Positions 25,269-32,000 of a DNA stretch of 32,000 nt are shown here, piece after piece. The position numbers and the translations under genes were made by a program. Under the pieces are notes generated by a model. It saw only the letters and a program-made list of their open reading frames with translations. It made no database searches and had not been told where the DNA came from. This DNA comes from Horticoccus luteus (lineage in GTDB: Bacteria; Verrucomicrobiota; Verrucomicrobiia; Opitutales; Opitutaceae), in the NCBI RefSeq assembly GCF_019464535.1, contig NZ_CP080507.1, positions 2,880,001 to 2,912,000 on the forward strand, in the 5' to 3' direction. How positions within the stretch are numbered: position 1 is the stretch's first letter; every line of letters begins with the position of its first letter.

Positions 25269-26075
25269 TCAGGCGTTTCGCCGGCGACGCCAAACCGCGA
25301 TCCCAAGTGCGGCCGCTCCGAACATCACGGCATACGTCGAGGGTTCCGGAATGGCCGGCGCCGTGCCGGTGAACGCAATGGCGCTGAAGCTCGCCGCTGC
25401 CGTGCCGATCAAGGTCGCCTCGGTCGTGTTCAGATCGATGGTATATAGGAGGGTCGAACTGCCATCTCGCACGCCCGAATAAACCCGGCCCGCGCTATCG
25501 ATCGCGAGGAGGTTCTTAAAATCCACCCCCGTCGTCATCGAATAAGTGACGGTCGCGCTGTCCACATCGACCGTATAAAAATCACTCGCCACCTTGAGGT
25601 ATAGCACTCCGGTCGGCCCGAACTCCAAGCCGGTCTGATACGTATCGGTGCCAAACGCCAGATCCGTCGCGGCGCCGGTGGCCAGGTTGATCGTTTTTAG
25701 CGTATCGTTGTTTTCGCTCCACGCAAACAACGTGCCGTCGCTCCGAAACGTCATGTCCGGAATGTCGTCCGAGTCACCCAGCGCGCCGACTAAGGTCGCG
25801 GCTCCCGTTGACGTGTTCAGCGTGTAAAGACTGGCTCCGCTGCCGCTGCTCGCCGCATACAATTTTCCATCCAGCGGATTGAAGCTCATGGCGGTGATGT
25901 GCGAGAGCCCGGTGTCGCCGATCGTGCTCAAGATCGATCCATTGTTCGGATCGATCTGATAAAGAATCGAGGCTCCTTTGCTTGCTCCCGAAATGCCGTA
26001 AAAGGCAAACGGATCGGCCCGCAGTGCCGACGCGAGTAATGTTAAACCAGTTACCAAGAACACGAAGTATTTCAT
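25269..26075 (-). CDS. PEP-CTERM sorting-domain protein with five propeller-like repeats
   Basis: 268 aa. Signal peptide MKYFVFLVTGLTLLASA. Five copies of an L-Y/K-T-I/L-D/N-x-x-T-G-x-A-T-x-x-G-like motif. C-terminal IPEPSTYAVMFGAAALGIAVWRRRR. Confidence 0.9.
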   Translation of the reverse strand: MKYFVFLVTGLTLLASALRADPFAFYGISGASKGASILYQIDPNNGSILSTIGDTGLSHITAMSFNPLDGKLYAASSGSGASLYTLNTSTGAATLVGALGDSDDIPDMTFRSDGTLFAWSENNDTLKTINLATGAATDLAFGTDTYQTGLEFGPTGVLYLKVASDFYTVDVDSATVTYSMTTGVDFKNLLAIDSAGRVYSGVRDGSSTLLYTIDLNTTEATLIGTAAASFSAIAFTGTAPAIPEPSTYAVMFGAAALGIAVWRRRRNA

Positions 26076-26172
26076 CGAAAAGGGCCGGGACTAGGCCGGC
26101 TGCAAGCCGCGCGCACAACGTGAAAATGGCATCCACTCACCCGTGCTTCGAAACCGCTTCGCCTGGTACGAC

Positions 26173-26235
26173 TTGCGCAATTTTCATTTAGCCGCGCTTC
26201 CATCTCGACCCACCGCGCCTTCGCAGTTGCGCAAT
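26173..26235. promoter_or_regulatory. Two copies of the palindrome TTGCGCAA(T) upstream of trxB
   Basis: TTGCGCAAT occurs at 26173-26181 and 26227-26235 (54-nt spacing) in the 193-nt divergent region between the PEP-CTERM gene and trxB. Confidence 0.3.
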
Positions 26236-26268
26236 GTGCTACCTTTGATTCTTCCTCCTGCTCCTCTC

Positions 26269-27216
26269 ATGTCCACCGCTCCTACCGAGAACGTCGTCAT
26301 CGTCGGCACCGGCTGCGCCGGCCTCACCGCCGCCATCTACACCGCGCGCGCCAGCCTCAATCCGTTGGTCCTCGAAGGTTCGCTCCCCGGCGGCCAGCTC
26401 ACGACCACCAGCGAGGTCGAAAACTTTCCCGGCTTCCCCGCCGGCATCGACGGCTTCCAGCTCATGCAAAATCTGCGCGAGCAGGCCACCAAGTTCGGCA
26501 CCCGCTTCGAACAGGCGCTCGTCCAGTCCGTCGACTTCTCCACCCAGCCACGCCGTCTCGTTTGCGCCGACCGCACCATTCTCGCCAAAACCGTCATCAT
26601 CGCCACCGGCGCCTCGCCGCGCATGACCGGCATCCCCGGCGAAAAAGAACTCTACGGCGGCAAAGGCGTCACCACCTGCGCCACCTGCGACGGCGCGTTT
26701 TATCGCAAGATGGAGGTCGCCGTCATCGGCGGCGGCGACAGCGCCGCCGAGGAAGCGCTCTTCCTCACCCGCTTCGCCAGCAAGGTCTATCTCGTGCACC
26801 GGCGCGACTCCCTCCGCGCCTCGAAAATCATGGCCGAGCGCGCCACCGCGCACCCCAAGATTCAGCCCATCTGGAATCACGTGCCTGTCGCCGTCGAAGG
26901 CGTGGAGCAAGGCGCGGTCGATGGCCTGCGCGTGCGCCACGTGCACACCGGCGCCGAAAACATCCTGCCCGTCAAAGGCATCTTCGTCGCCATCGGCCAT
27001 GTGCCCAACACCGCCGCTTTCGCCGGCGCGCTCGAGGTCGATGAAAACGGTTACTTCGTGCCCTTCGGCGGTTCGCAGGTGAAAACCAAAGTCCCCGGCG
27101 TCTTCGTCGCCGGCGATTGCGCCGACCACGTTTACCGCCAGGCCATCACCGCCGCCGGCATGGGCTGCGCCGCCGCCATCGAAGCGGAACGCTGGCTCGC
27201 CGAACACGGCGCTTAA
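26269..27216 (+). CDS. trxB: Thioredoxin-disulfide reductase
   Basis: 315 aa from the ATG at 26269. FAD motif [14 protein letters not shown], redox centre CATCDG, NADPH motif [12 protein letters not shown]. Confidence 0.95.
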   Translation: MSTAPTENVVIVGTGCAGLTAAIYTARASLNPLVLEGSLPGGQLTTTSEVENFPGFPAGIDGFQLMQNLREQATKFGTRFEQALVQSVDFSTQPRRLVCADRTILAKTVIIATGASPRMTGIPGEKELYGGKGVTTCATCDGAFYRKMEVAVIGGGDSAAEEALFLTRFASKVYLVHRRDSLRASKIMAERATAHPKIQPIWNHVPVAVEGVEQGAVDGLRVRHVHTGAENILPVKGIFVAIGHVPNTAAFAGALEVDENGYFVPFGGSQVKTKVPGVFVAGDCADHVYRQAITAAGMGCAAAIEAERWLAEHGA

Positions 27217-27226
27217 GCTGCTCCCG

Positions 27227-27763
27227 GTGCACCCGCCTTCGCTGGCCCAGCTCTGGCACGAGCTCGGCATCCCCGCCGATTATTGCGCGGCCCGCGGACT
27301 CGTGCTCCACCCGGAAGCGCGCGCCGCGGACTTGGTCACCCTCCCGCAAACCGTCGACGGCCGCCCCGTCCGCCTCCTTCCGCCCGCCGCCGCCGCGTGG
27401 CATCGCCTCCACGCCGCCGCCGCCCACGACGGCATCACGCTGCTCCCGCTCTCCGGCTTTCGCAGCATCGCGCGGCAAGCCGAACTCATCCGCGCCAAAC
27501 TCGCCGCCGGCGAACCCCTCGCCGCGATCCTGCGCGTCATCGCCGCCCCCGGTTGCAGTGAACACCATACCGGCCGCGCCCTCGATCTCGGCTCTCCCGA
27601 CGATCTCGCGCTCGATGAAGAATTCGCCCGCACGCACGCGTTCCACTGGCTCACGACGCACGCCGCCGCGCAGGGCTTTGTCCTCTCCTATCCTCCCGGA
27701 AACTCCGCCGGCATCACCTACGAACCGTGGCATTGGTGCTGGCACCCGTCCGCCGCGCCCTAA
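27227..27763 (+). CDS. VanY/M15-type D-alanyl-D-alanine carboxypeptidase family protein
   Basis: 178 aa with a GTG start. Zinc-ligand motif SEHHTGRALDL and C-terminal EPWHW. Confidence 0.8.
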   Translation: MHPPSLAQLWHELGIPADYCAARGLVLHPEARAADLVTLPQTVDGRPVRLLPPAAAAWHRLHAAAAHDGITLLPLSGFRSIARQAELIRAKLAAGEPLAAILRVIAAPGCSEHHTGRALDLGSPDDLALDEEFARTHAFHWLTTHAAAQGFVLSYPPGNSAGITYEPWHWCWHPSAAP

Positions 27764-27863
27764 ACCGCCCGGCGCGCCACCCCGACCTCTCGCGCCCGTT
27801 TCCCGCACACTGCGTGATTGCCAGACTACGAAGAAATTTCATTTCTATCCGCTCCCCACCCTA

Positions 27864-30245
27864 ATGGTCGACGCCCCGCTTCCGCCCCACGAATTGGACC
27901 GAGTCGCTGCGTTGCGTCGCTGTCGGTTGTTCGCCGCCCCGTCCGATGCCTCATTTGACGATCTCGCCCGGCTCGCCGCAGCCCTTTGCGATACGACCAT
28001 GGCGGCGGTGACGTTCATCGATGAACAACACCTGTGGTTCAAAGCCCGGCTCGGTTTCACCACCTCGGCCACGCCCCGCGACGACTCGCTCTGCGCCCAC
28101 GCCATCGTGGCTCCCGGCGGCCTGCTCGTCGTCGCTGACACCTCTCTCGATCCGCGCTTTGCCCACCACGCCCTCGTGCGCGGTGAACCTTTTATCCGCT
28201 TCTACGCCGGCTGTGCGCTTTTCTCGCCCGACGGCCACGCGCTCGGCACCCTCTGCGTCTTCGACTCGCGCCCCCGCGACCTGACGGCGACGCAACAGCA
28301 ACATTTGCTCCGCCTCGCGCGGCTCGCTTCCGGCCACATCGCCGCGCATTCAACCGCTCCTGCCGCCGCCGACCAGCCGCCCGCCCTTCAGCTCTTCGAT
28401 CACAATCCGCTTCCCCTTTGGATCTACGACCGCGAGACGCTGCGCTTCCTCACCGTCAACGACGCCGCCCTCGCGCGCTACGGCTACCGTCGCGAGGAGT
28501 TTCTCCAACGTCGTATCACCGACATCCGTCCGCCCGAGGATGCCGCCGCGTTGGAATCGGCGGTGCGCGCGTCCAACGGCTTCCGCGCCTCCGGACGCTG
28601 GCGTCATTGCCGCCGCGACGGCACGCTCCTGCATGTCGACGTCTTCACCCACGATGTCGACTTCGCCGGCCGCCCGGCTCGCCTCGCGTGTTCCATCGAT
28701 GTCACCGAGCAGGAAAACACCCTCGCCGCATTGCGCGAAAGCGAGGCGCGCTTCAAACTCGCCGCTCGCGCCGTCAGCGATGTTTTGTGGGATTGGGATC
28801 TGCGCGCGAATACACTTTGGCGCAGCGACGGCTACCAAACCGCGTTCGGCTACCCGCCCGAGGAAATCCAGCCCGGCCTCGATTCCTGGAGCGACCGCCT
28901 TCACCCCGAGGACCGCGAACGCGTGGTCCAAAGCCTCCACGCCGCCATCGCCCACGTAGAATCGAGCTGGAGCGCAGAATATCGTTTCCGCCGCCGCGAT
29001 GGCTCCTACGCGTTCATTCATGATCGCGGCCTGGTGATGCGCGGGGCCGACGGCCACCCCGTCCGCATGGTCGGGGGCATGAGCGACCTCACGGAGCGCA
29101 AAAACCTCGAACTGCAATCCCTCCGCGCCCAACGCCTCGAAAGCGTCGGCACGCTCGCCGGCGGCATCGCCCACGACCTCAATAACGTCCTCGCGCCCAT
29201 CCTCATGGGCCTCGACCTCCTCCGCTCGTTCACCCCCGGCGAACCGGAGTGCCAGCGCTTGATCACCACCATCGAAAGCAGCGCGCGCCGCGGCGCCAGC
29301 CTCGTGCGCCAGGTGCTCTCTTATGCGCGCGGCGTCGAAGGCGAGCGCCAGCCCCTCGACCTCACGACCTCCGTCCAGGAAATCGCCCGCATCGCCGAGG
29401 AAACGTTTCCCCGCGCCGTCACCATCGTGACCAACCTGCCGGCCCGTCTGCCGCCCATCCTCGGCGACGCCACGCAGATGCACCAAGTCCTCCTTAACCT
29501 CGCCGTCAACGCCCGCGATGCCATGCCCGACGGCGGCACGCTCACCTTCACCGCCGATCGCCTCGACGTCGCCGGACCTGCATTGTTGCCCGGCCTGAAC
29601 CCCGGCCCCCACGTGCGCCTGCGCGTCAGCGACACCGGCACCGGCATTCCCGCCGCCCTCCACGAACGCATCTTCGAACCCTTCTTCACCACCAAGGAAA
29701 CCGGCCGCGGCACCGGCCTCGGCCTCTCCACGGTGCATGCGATCGTCCGCAGCCACGGCGGCACCGTGCACGTGGAAAGCGCACCGGGGCACGGCTCCAC
29801 GTTCAGCGTTTATCTTCCCGTCAGTCCCGCGGCCGCCGAGGCGCATCCGGACGATACCGACCTCGCGGCGCCCCGCGGCCGCGGCGAGACCGTGTTGATC
29901 GTCGACGACGAACTCTCGATCCGCACCGTCTGCCAGCATACGGTCGAAGCGTTCGGGTATGCCGCCGTCACCGCCTCCGACGGCGCCGAAGCGATCGCCC
30001 GCTTCGCGACCAATCCTCACGCCTTCCATCTCGTGCTCACCGACATGGTCATGCCCGGCATGGATGGCCCCACCGCCATCCGCGAACTCCTGAAACTCCG
30101 CCCGGATCTTCCGATCGTCGCCATGACCGGCCTCGATTCCACGAAACAAGGCGCCGTCGCCCGCCAGTGGGTGCGCGACGTGCTCCCGAAACCGTTCACG
30201 GCTGACCAACTCTTGCGCACGTTGCGTCGCGCGCTCGACACCTGA
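27864..30245 (+). CDS. Soluble hybrid sensor histidine kinase (GAF-PAS-PAS-HisKA-HATPase-REC)
   Basis: 793 aa from the ATG at 27864. H-box GGIAHDLNNVL, G-boxes DTGTGIP / GTGLGLS, and a receiver domain (LIVDDE...TDMVMPGMDG...PKPF). No hydrophobic transmembrane segment is seen. The upstream part of the 1042-aa ORF overlaps trxB and the VanY-like gene and is rejected. Confidence 0.9.
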   Translation: MVDAPLPPHELDRVAALRRCRLFAAPSDASFDDLARLAAALCDTTMAAVTFIDEQHLWFKARLGFTTSATPRDDSLCAHAIVAPGGLLVVADTSLDPRFAHHALVRGEPFIRFYAGCALFSPDGHALGTLCVFDSRPRDLTATQQQHLLRLARLASGHIAAHSTAPAAADQPPALQLFDHNPLPLWIYDRETLRFLTVNDAALARYGYRREEFLQRRITDIRPPEDAAALESAVRASNGFRASGRWRHCRRDGTLLHVDVFTHDVDFAGRPARLACSIDVTEQENTLAALRESEARFKLAARAVSDVLWDWDLRANTLWRSDGYQTAFGYPPEEIQPGLDSWSDRLHPEDRERVVQSLHAAIAHVESSWSAEYRFRRRDGSYAFIHDRGLVMRGADGHPVRMVGGMSDLTERKNLELQSLRAQRLESVGTLAGGIAHDLNNVLAPILMGLDLLRSFTPGEPECQRLITTIESSARRGASLVRQVLSYARGVEGERQPLDLTTSVQEIARIAEETFPRAVTIVTNLPARLPPILGDATQMHQVLLNLAVNARDAMPDGGTLTFTADRLDVAGPALLPGLNPGPHVRLRVSDTGTGIPAALHERIFEPFFTTKETGRGTGLGLSTVHAIVRSHGGTVHVESAPGHGSTFSVYLPVSPAAAEAHPDDTDLAAPRGRGETVLIVDDELSIRTVCQHTVEAFGYAAVTASDGAEAIARFATNPHAFHLVLTDMVMPGMDGPTAIRELLKLRPDLPIVAMTGLDSTKQGAVARQWVRDVLPKPFTADQLLRTLRRALDT

Positions 30246-30340
30246 CCGCCGCCCGCTCGCGGCCGAAAACGCCCGCCCTTCGCCGCGCTCGCGCCGCCCT
30301 GCTCCGACTGCGCGCCGTCCGCACCCTTTCCCTCACGCAT

Positions 30341-30370
30341 CCCGCGGCAGCCCGCGGCGTCCCGCGGAGC
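30341..30370. repeat. Three tandem 10-nt units CCCGCGG-NNN
   Basis: cccgcggcag / cccgcggcgt / cccgcggagc at 30341, 30351 and 30361, read directly. They lie in the intergenic region upstream of the creatininase-family gene. Confidence 0.85.
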
Positions 30371-30455
30371 TCCGTTCGTCCCCTCGCCCTCGCGCCCCGC
30401 GAAAAAACCGCTTGGCGCGGTTGCCCCCGCGGTCATCGTGACGCCGAATTTTCCC

Positions 30456-31169
30456 ATGCCCGCCACGCCCGCCTCGCCCCGTTGGGGCCGCTACGAAACA
30501 CTCCTGCCCGACGAGATCGCCGCCATCGCCGCGCAACACTCCGTCGCCTACCTCCCGTGGGGCGCCCTCGAATACCACGGCCGCCACGCCGCCGTCGGTC
30601 TCGACGGCCTGAAAGCCCACGGCCTCTGCTGCTCGCTCGCCGCCGCCGTCGGCGGACTCGTGTTTCCGCCCGTCTACTTCGCCGCCAATACGATCAAGAC
30701 ACTGCGCGAACTCCCCCACCAGCGCCATTCCCTCAACTTTTCCGAAGACCTCCTCCGCCTCCTCGCCCGCGAACATCTCGAGCAACTCGCCGACGAGAAA
30801 TTCCGCGTCGTGTTCGTCCTCTGCGGCCACGTCGGCCAGCCGCACTATGATATCATCAAAGCCGAGGCCGCCGCCCTCAACGCCCGCCAGTCCGCCACCC
30901 GCGTCATCGCCACGTCGGAGACCGACCTCATTTCCCCCGACCTCGTCGTGGCCAACCATGCCGCCCTCGGTGAAATCTCGTTTCTCATGAGCCAGCACCC
31001 CGAATGCGTCGACCTCTCGCGCCTTCCCGCGGATCGCGTTCCCACGTTGGAACAAGACGCTGTCTGGGGCTCCGACCCGCGTGAAGCCTCCGCCGAAAAA
31101 GGCCGCCTCTACACCGACGCCTTCATCGCCGGCGCCCGCCCGCTTATCGCCGCCCTCGCCTCCTCCTGA
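30456..31169 (+). CDS. Creatininase (creatinine amidohydrolase) family protein
   Basis: LPWGALEYHGRHAAVGLD matches the family's N-terminal metal-site motif. ATG at 30456, with an alternative GTG at 30438. Confidence 0.8.
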   Translation: MPATPASPRWGRYETLLPDEIAAIAAQHSVAYLPWGALEYHGRHAAVGLDGLKAHGLCCSLAAAVGGLVFPPVYFAANTIKTLRELPHQRHSLNFSEDLLRLLAREHLEQLADEKFRVVFVLCGHVGQPHYDIIKAEAAALNARQSATRVIATSETDLISPDLVVANHAALGEISFLMSQHPECVDLSRLPADRVPTLEQDAVWGSDPREASAEKGRLYTDAFIAGARPLIAALASS

Positions 31170-31170
31170 T

Positions 31171-32000
31171 ATGAACGACCGCACTCTCGGCCGCACCGGC
31201 CTCCGCGTCAGCGAAATCGGCCTCGGCACCTGGGCCTTCGGCTCACCCGTCTACGGCTCCGTCGGCACCTCCGATGCCACCACCGCCATTCGCGGCGCCC
31301 TCGATGCCGGCATCACGTTCTTCGATACCGCGCCCCTTTACGGCTCGCCCCAGGAAGACGGCATCGCCGAACGCATCCTCGGCTCCGCCCTCGGCGCCGA
31401 CCGCGATCGCGTCTGCATCTCCACGAAATTCGGCCGCTATCCCACCCGCGGTCATCTCAACACTTATTTCCACGCCGCCGGCGTCACCGAATCCGTCGAG
31501 CAAAGCCTCCGCCGCCTCGGCACCGACCGCCTCGACGTCCTCTTTTTCCATTCGCCGCAAAGTCGCGAGCAAATCCACGACGACATCTGGGCCGCGCTCG
31601 AAAAACTGAAGCGCGACGGCAAAGTGCGCGCCGTCGGCCACTCCCTCTCCTGGTTCGCTGACACCGCCCCCGCCGCCCGCGACTGGGCCGCCGAGCGCAA
31701 AATCGACGTCGTCCAAGTCGTCTACAGCCTCATGAACCGCGAGACGGAAACTTTCATTGCCGACGTCGCCGGCCTCGGCATCGGCGTCGTCGCCCGCGAG
31801 TCCCTCGCCAACGGATTTCTCGGCGGCGCGTTCACGAAAGACACCGTTTTTCCCGCCGGCTCGCTCAACGCCCGTTACAGCCGCGAAGAAATCGCCGAAC
31901 GCGTCGCCGTCGCGGATCGCTATAAACAACTCCTCGTGCGCGGCGAAATCACGTCCCTCGCCGCCGCCGCGATGCGCTGGGTGTTGGACAATCCGCACGT
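31171..32000 (+). CDS. Aldo/keto reductase (partial, continues beyond the window)
   Basis: My own translation from the ATG at 31171 gives MNDRTLGRTGLRVSEIGLGTWAFG...FFDTAPLYG...STKFG, which is a canonical AKR N-terminus. No stop occurs before 32000. The ORF is not in the supplied track because it is open-ended. Confidence 0.85.
   Translation, partial: MNDRTLGRTGLRVSEIGLGTWAFGSPVYGSVGTSDATTAIRGALDAGITFFDTAPLYGSPQEDGIAERILGSALGADRDRVCISTKFGRYPTRGHLNTYFHAAGVTESVEQSLRRLGTDRLDVLFFHSPQSREQIHDDIWAALEKLKRDGKVRAVGHSLSWFADTAPAARDWAAERKIDVVQVVYSLMNRETETFIADVAGLGIGVVARESLANGFLGGAFTKDTVFPAGSLNARYSREEIAERVAVADRYKQLLVRGEITSLAAAAMRWVLDNPH

Noticed and set aside
27117-27863. N-terminal 249 codons of the 1042-aa ORF containing the histidine kinase
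   Set aside because: The translation is Pro/Arg/Ser-rich and overlaps trxB and the VanY-like CDS in other frames. The kinase's GAF domain begins right after the ATG at 27864.
28350-30209. 619-aa minus-strand ORF
   Set aside because: It is antisense to the hybrid histidine kinase, whose domains are unambiguous. The translation is Gly/Ala/Glu/Arg-rich and looks like a shadow ORF.
30406-30422. AACCGC/GCGGTT hairpin preceded by A6 (looks like a terminator on the minus strand)
   Set aside because: The stem is only 6 bp, and no minus-strand gene lies upstream of it. This is too weak to annotate as a feature, so it is only mentioned under the nearby repeat finding.
1-32000. Window-wide look for CRISPR arrays, transposases/integrases/IS inverted repeats, phage genes, restriction-modification, toxin-antitoxin or other defence-type operons, and rRNA/tRNA genes
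   Set aside because: None was found. Every long ORF with coding-like composition maps to a metabolic, housekeeping, signalling or hypothetical function. The only tandem repeats are the 30-nt tracts at 9756 and 30341.

Overview
High-GC, densely coding bacterial chromosomal segment. I support about 31 CDS, mostly from recognisable family motifs in the supplied translations. I see no rRNA, tRNA or CRISPR array. I see no transposase, integrase or phage gene, and no recognisable defence or toxin-antitoxin genes. The taxon is only a guess (Verrucomicrobiota/Opitutales-like), based on a PEP-CTERM protein, homospermidine synthase and glycan-type enzymes.

Layout:
- 33-1368: nrdR, a translationally coupled unknown ORF, then a HIT protein.
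- 1280-3133: divergent AraC regulator / PhyH-type dioxygenase pair.
- 9662 down to 3176: a long minus-strand run of pdxJ-acpS-unknown membrane protein-nnr-dprA-S9 peptidase.
- 10004-12071: a membrane protein convergent with gltA.
- 12177-19424: a divergent seven-enzyme cluster with no textbook pathway. This is my best candidate for something undescribed.
- 19425-20032: a 608-nt gene-free region upstream of rnk.
- 20033-23905: rnk-hss-HPF-like-cbpA-cbpM, a stress or growth-arrest flavoured neighbourhood.
- 23981-32000: M19 dipeptidase, PEP-CTERM propeller protein, trxB, VanY-like peptidase, an orphan soluble hybrid histidine kinase, a creatininase-family protein and a partial aldo/keto reductase.

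Four gene junctions use ATGA stop/start overlaps (488, 7969, 8919, 23570). Many long six-frame ORFs are GC-driven shadow ORFs and were rejected. Nothing here can be shown from sequence alone to be a new system. The findings are hypotheses with explicit tests.
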